From assembly GCA_042564455.1 (NCBI GenBank), contig JBHPLC010000007.1:10-64009 (forward strand): 64,000 bases of DNA, written 5' to 3'. Made by a program: the position numbers and the translations under genes. Shown here one piece after another: positions 59,188-64,000 of this stretch (its first letter is position 1; the number at the start of each line of letters is the position of its first letter). This DNA comes from Candidatus Zhuqueibacterota bacterium (GTDB lineage: Bacteria > SM23-31). The notes below the pieces were generated by a model. The model was not told the origin of the DNA. It ran no database searches and saw only the letters and a list, made by a program, of their open reading frames with translations.

Positions 59188-59991
59188 TTATAATTCTGAG
59201 GGAATAATTTTCAATCCGTCATAAGCAAGGTTTATCCTGTCAGGGAGCTTCTTATCGATTGTTTCGTGGTCAAAATCGTGGCTGATATGTGTGAATAATG
59301 TTTGCCTGGCATTTATTTTCTTTGCTGCAGAAACCGCCTCGTTTAACGAATTATGAGAAATGTGCCGGTTAAATTGAAAAGATTCTATGATCAGCAGATC
59401 CAATCCGGTTAATAATTCAAATACTTCTTCAGGAAGATGATTCACATCAGTAATGTATGCAGTATTTTCAAAACGGAATGCCGTAACAGGCATCCTTCCG
59501 TGAAATACTGTAAACGGTAAAAATGTAAGATCGTCAATCTTGAAAGGACCGTCAATAATGTTGACATCTATTTGAGGATAGTACTTTTTCAATTCTTCCG
59601 GTGCATTAAAAACGAAATCAAATGGTTTTTTTATATGTTCAATGGTTTTGCTGCTCGCAAAAGTAATTATCGGTTTTTTCTGCTTGAAATTAAATGCCCG
59701 GACATCTGCAAGACCCATTATATGATCGGCATGATGGTGAGTATATAGAAGGGCATCGATATGATCTATTTTGTTTTCCAAAACCTGGTATCGAAAATCC
59801 GGAGTAGTATCTATTATTATATTCTTGTTCTTAAAGTGAATACAGATAGATGTTCGGGTTCTTTTGTTTTTGTGATCGTCAGAAATACAGACCGGACATT
59901 TACAGGCAATTTCAGGTATTCCTGAAGAACCGCCTGTACCAAGAAATGTTATTGAAAGTTCAGGTTTAATGTTTTTATCAATATCTCTCAT
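59188..59991 (-). CDS. MBL-fold metallohydrolase (PhnP-like phosphodiesterase)
   Basis: FLGTG.S.G.P..C.C..C, IDTTPDFRYQ, THHHADH, AYITD, THISH. Confidence 0.92.
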   Translation of the reverse strand: MRDIDKNIKPELSITFLGTGGSSGIPEIACKCPVCISDDHKNKRTRTSICIHFKNKNIIIDTTPDFRYQVLENKIDHIDALLYTHHHADHIMGLADVRAFNFKQKKPIITFASSKTIEHIKKPFDFVFNAPEELKKYYPQIDVNIIDGPFKIDDLTFLPFTVFHGRMPVTAFRFENTAYITDVNHLPEEVFELLTGLDLLIIESFQFNRHISHNSLNEAVSAAKKINARQTLFTHISHDFDHETIDKKLPDRINLAYDGLKIIPSEL

Positions 59992-60027
59992 AAGTAACTA
60001 TTAGAATACTATTCGTAATTATTTCAG

Positions 60028-60978
60028 TTAAATTTTCAAAAGAACTTTCAATGAATCTTTATGTTCCGCTTTTTTGAAAGCTGCAAGCCCGTCTTCAATT
60101 TCAAATATTTCAGTGATCATATCCTCAAGATCTATTTCAAGGTTTCCAAGAATATCCATCACAGGTTCAAATCTGCCGCACCGCGATCCTATCAGACTGA
60201 TCTCATTGATCACGATAGGAGACAGGTCAATACACTTATCCGACCTGTATGTACTTTTCAATATGATTTTTCCTTTTGGCTCTGTGATATGCATCGCTAA
60301 TTCTAAACCGGAAGGATTACCCGAGCACTCAATAACATTCTTAAATGTTTCCGGATATCTGTTTTTTATGTTATTGCCTGTATGAATTCCCCATTTTTCA
60401 GCTAAATCCAGCTTCTTTTTGTTACGGCCTATCAGACAGGGCTTAAATCCCATGGTTTTGGCAATGATAGATATCAGTAAACCTAATTTTCCGTCCCCAA
60501 TGATCCCTATACGACTGTTTTCAGGTAATGAATTATCATCAAATATCTGCAGGGCTGCCGCTGCCGGTTCTGTGAATACAGCTTTAATGTCAGAAATACT
60601 ATCAGGGATTGTCAGGAGATTTTCTTCGGGAAGGATTAAATATTCTGCAAATGCACCATTCTTTCGAAAAATACCAAGTACAGATCGGTCTTTGCAGTGT
60701 CTTGGATCTCCTTCCATGCATAGATCACATTTCCCGCAACCGGAATTGATCTCGCCAACAACTCTTTTATTCAGAAATCCTTTGGAATCACAATCTTCAA
60801 CAATTCCAACAAATTCATGCCCGGGTACACCTGAAAAATTCATATAACCTTTGGTGATCTCCAGATCTGTATTACAGATTCCGGCCAGAATGACCTTAAC
60901 AAGCGCTTCACCATCTTTCCTTACCGGTTTTGGGATATCTGTGATCTTCAGGATGTTTTTAAATAAAAGGGCTTTCAT
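60028..60978 (-). CDS. Zinc-dependent alcohol dehydrogenase (MDR) family protein
   Basis: GICNTD, GHEFVG, CGKCDLC..C, GDGKLG, GSRCG. Confidence 0.92.
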   Translation of the reverse strand: MKALLFKNILKITDIPKPVRKDGEALVKVILAGICNTDLEITKGYMNFSGVPGHEFVGIVEDCDSKGFLNKRVVGEINSGCGKCDLCMEGDPRHCKDRSVLGIFRKNGAFAEYLILPEENLLTIPDSISDIKAVFTEPAAAALQIFDDNSLPENSRIGIIGDGKLGLLISIIAKTMGFKPCLIGRNKKKLDLAEKWGIHTGNNIKNRYPETFKNVIECSGNPSGLELAMHITEPKGKIILKSTYRSDKCIDLSPIVINEISLIGSRCGRFEPVMDILGNLEIDLEDMITEIFEIEDGLAAFKKAEHKDSLKVLLKI

Positions 60979-60984
60979 TTTTAT

Positions 60985-63900
60985 CTATCCGGCTATGCGG
61001 ACATTATCTCTTCCTAATAGTTCTCTCAACTGGTTTATCAGTTTATTGTTGGGATTTACCTGGTAATTGGTGGATTTCATCAGAAGATTCTCATTTGATG
61101 AGGTTTTTATTCTGATTATTAAATTACATTTGCCTTTAGATTTGCTTAAAAGATCATCAAGTTCATCCAGCGCCGAGGGTTCAAATCCCTGAGCTACTAA
61201 GGAAATATGGACTTCTTTTGTGAATTTTTTTCTTGCCTGTTCAATGGGAATAACCTCTTCAACAATTATCTTAGGGTTATCCTCATCTCTTTTTGATAAT
61301 TTACCCCTTATGAATACCATTTTGTCTTCTACGATCATTTCTCTGAAATCTGCAAAAGTATCTGAAAATAATAATGCTTCGGTAGAGCCGTTGAAGTCCT
61401 CTATATTGATAAATGCAATGCTTTTGCTCGGATCTTTTTTTGTTGCGGATACTTTTATTGCTGTTATTATACCGCCCTTTAAAACCGGTGAGTTTTCACT
61501 TAATAAATGTATTTTATTGGATTCAGGAGTTGAAAGTCCATTGATCTCATCTCTGTATTTATCCAATGGATGGCCTGATAAATAAAAACCGAGCATCTCT
61601 TTCTCGTATGCCAGTGTTGTATATCTGGACCATTCCTCCGCGATTTCAAGATCAGGGTACCCTTTTAATGAATCCTTGTCATCTGAATCTAAGGAAAATA
61701 TATTTGTCTGACCTTTTTCACGGTCTGTAATCAGCTGCTGTGCAAAATTCATTGCTTTTTCTATTGATTCTAATTTGCGGGCTCTTGTTCCTTCAATACA
61801 ATCAAGAGCACCTGCTTTTATGAGGCTTTCCATTACTTTTTTGTTTGTGGTCCGGGAGTCAATATGTTCGCAAAATTCATAAAGGTTTTTGACTTTTAGG
61901 TAGTTCGGTCTTTCTTTTAAAAGCGAACTGATCGCCGCAACACCAACGTTTTTTATGGCTCCCAGCCCGAATCTGATCCCCTTTTTTTCTACAGTGAATT
62001 TAACATCGCTTTTCATAATATCCGGTGGCAGAACGGGGATTTTCATTTGCTTGCACTCATCAAGTAAAATAACTATCCGGTCCGTAGAATCCATTTCGGA
62101 TGACATTGTAGCTGCCATGAATTCCCAGGGAAAGTGTGTTTTAAGATATGCTGTCTGATAGGCAATAATAGCATAACCGGCTGAATGGGATTTATTAAAA
62201 CCGTAACCTGCAAAATGGTCAATATGATCAAAAAGTTCCTCAGCAAGATCGGAACTTAAATTATTTTTTGCGCATCCTTCAATAAACTCCGATTTCTTCT
62301 CCCTCATTACATCGATCTTTTTCTTTCCCATGGCTGACCGGAGTATATCCGCATTTCCCATGGTAAAACCTGCCAGGTCACCGGCAATTCGCATTACCTG
62401 CTCCTGGTAAACGATAATTCCATAGGTTTCCTTAAGAATAGGCTCTAATTTCGGGTGCATATATTCGATTTCTTTTTCGCCATGTTTGCGCTTTATAAAA
62501 TCATCCACCATATTGCTGCCGAGCGGGCCGGGACGATACAAAGCGTTCATAGCGATAAGGTCTTCTATGCATTCAGGTCTGAGTTTCTTTAGATAGTCTC
62601 TCATACCCGAACTTTCAAACTGAAAAACTCCGACAGTTAATCCGTTAGAAAAAAGATCTAAAGTCTGTTTGTCGTCAAGAGAGATATTTTCGATATCAAA
62701 TTCTTCATCCTTATTCCGGATTAATTTTACACTGTCGCTGATGACCGTCAGGGTCCTTAGGCCAAGGATATCCATTTTTAACAGGCCGATATCTTCTATA
62801 TGATTCATCGAATACTGAGTTGTGGTTTCACCTGTTTTCTGATTCATGAACAGCGGCAGAAAATTAGTCAACGGTTCAGGCGCAATAACCAGCCCTGCTG
62901 CATGAGTTGAGGCATGCCTCGATGTTCCCTCTAAAATAAGTGCATGATCAAAAAGTGTCCTGTAAGTAGAATTAGAGTTGACCAATTCTGCCAATTCCGG
63001 AGTATTCTTCAATGCATCTTCAAGTGTTATACCTAAAGTTTCAGGGATTAATTTTGCCAGTTTGTCCACTTCGTCATAAGGGACATCCATTACTCTTCCT
63101 ACATCCCTGACCACTCCGCGGGCTTTCATTGTACCGAATGTTATTATCTGTGTTACGCTTTCATCCCCATAGGTGTTTTTTACATATTTTATTACTTCTT
63201 CGCGCCGCTCAAAACAAAAATCTATGTCAATATCCGGCATGGATACACGTTCCGGATTTAGAAACCGTTCAAACAGCAGGTCATATTTCATGGGATCAAT
63301 ATTGGTAATACCTAACGAATAAGATATCAAACTTCCGGCTGCCGATCCCCTTCCCGGACCAACCGGAATACTGTGGTCTTTTGCATATTTTATAAAATCC
63401 TTCACCACAAGAAAATAATCGGAAAAGTTCATTTTGTGAATTATCGACAACTCATATTCAAGTCTTTTTTCCAGTTCGGGTGTAATTTCCGGATATTTTG
63501 ATTCAAGCCCTTCTCTTGTAAGTTTTTCAAGATATGAATCCGCATTAAGATCAGAGTCTTCCTCCGGGATCCTGTGTTTGGGCAGGTTTCTCTTGCCGAA
63601 TTCAAACAAAACATTACATTTATCAGCGATCTTAAGAGTATTTTCAATAGCTTCCGGATTATTCGGAAAAAGCTCTTCCATCTCCTGCTGATTCTTAAAA
63701 TAGATTTCATGAGTTGAAATCTTAAACCTGTTCTCATCCGACAATGTTGTCTGTGTCTGGATACATAAGAGTGCTTCATGAGCTAATGCATGATCTTTTT
63801 TCATATAATGACTGTCGTTGGTGGCGATCAGAGGCACATCCATATCATGAGCAAGTTCTATCAGAGGCTCCTTTACCATTAATTCTTCTTCGATTCCGTG

Positions 63901-64000
63901 ATCCATCACCTCTATATAAAAATCACCGTTAAATATGTCGAGATACTGCTTTACTTTATCTTCTGCTTCTGCTCGCTTATTGTTCAGCAGCAGCTCCGGA
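60985..64000 (-). CDS. dnaE: DNA polymerase III alpha subunit, 5' end outside window
   Basis: ATNDSHY, GPGRGSAAGS, FERFLNPER.SMPDIDIDF, STHAAG, YGFNKSH, GFYLSGHP; frame open to the window edge. Confidence 0.98.
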   Translation of the reverse strand, partial: PELLLNNKRAEAEDKVKQYLDIFNGDFYIEVMDHGIEEELMVKEPLIELAHDMDVPLIATNDSHYMKKDHALAHEALLCIQTQTTLSDENRFKISTHEIYFKNQQEMEELFPNNPEAIENTLKIADKCNVLFEFGKRNLPKHRIPEEDSDLNADSYLEKLTREGLESKYPEITPELEKRLEYELSIIHKMNFSDYFLVVKDFIKYAKDHSIPVGPGRGSAAGSLISYSLGITNIDPMKYDLLFERFLNPERVSMPDIDIDFCFERREEVIKYVKNTYGDESVTQIITFGTMKARGVVRDVGRVMDVPYDEVDKLAKLIPETLGITLEDALKNTPELAELVNSNSTYRTLFDHALILEGTSRHASTHAAGLVIAPEPLTNFLPLFMNQKTGETTTQYSMNHIEDIGLLKMDILGLRTLTVISDSVKLIRNKDEEFDIENISLDDKQTLDLFSNGLTVGVFQFESSGMRDYLKKLRPECIEDLIAMNALYRPGPLGSNMVDDFIKRKHGEKEIEYMHPKLEPILKETYGIIVYQEQVMRIAGDLAGFTMGNADILRSAMGKKKIDVMREKKSEFIEGCAKNNLSSDLAEELFDHIDHFAGYGFNKSHSAGYAIIAYQTAYLKTHFPWEFMAATMSSEMDSTDRIVILLDECKQMKIPVLPPDIMKSDVKFTVEKKGIRFGLGAIKNVGVAAISSLLKERPNYLKVKNLYEFCEHIDSRTTNKKVMESLIKAGALDCIEGTRARKLESIEKAMNFAQQLITDREKGQTNIFSLDSDDKDSLKGYPDLEIAEEWSRYTTLAYEKEMLGFYLSGHPLDKYRDEINGLSTPESNKIHLLSENSPVLKGGIITAIKVSATKKDPSKSIAFINIEDFNGSTEALLFSDTFADFREMIVEDKMVFIRGKLSKRDEDNPKIIVEEVIPIEQARKKFTKEVHISLVAQGFEPSALDELDDLLSKSKGKCNLIIRIKTSSNENLLMKSTNYQVNPNNKLINQLRELLGRDNVRIAG

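Noticed and set aside
60985-64000. Intein or split in dnaE
   Set aside because: DnaE motifs are collinear with no insertion or intein termini in the visible part.

Overview
AT-rich chromosomal window from a diderm, flagellated bacterium. LpxK, many lipoproteins, GWxTD and six-bladed beta-propeller proteins suggest an FCB-group or uncultured lineage, which is inference only. It uses the standard genetic code. The right third is housekeeping: lpxK, iscS-mnmA-panB-ilvC-DUF62, GuaB3-type IMPDH, rpsT, a short flagellin and dnaE running off the end. The left two thirds are accessory and envelope genes: six divergent secreted beta-propeller proteins, a TPR-GWxTD protein, peptidases, a hybrid kinase with a PhoB/OmpR-type regulator, duplicated barrel-like proteins, a galactose cluster and a broken MacAB-type ABC operon. 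The most notable signals are: (i) a propeller/GWxTD family sharing a duplicated promoter-leader and a portable RBS+MxTRL start module, preceded by mosaic REP-like palindromes, with sharply alternating GC-rich constant and AT-rich variable gene segments, which is a candidate diversifying cassette system; (ii) an unassigned multi-stem ncRNA candidate (19986-20153) with its own promoter and operator, ahead of a 62-aa orphan ORF and the propeller array; (iii) readable regulatory sites: four 11-bp-spaced Pho/OmpR-like boxes, a sigma54 promoter with enhancer palindromes, sigma28 and CsrA sites on the flagellin, and an ECF-type promoter. I recognised no tRNA, rRNA, CRISPR array, transposase, integrase or reverse transcriptase.
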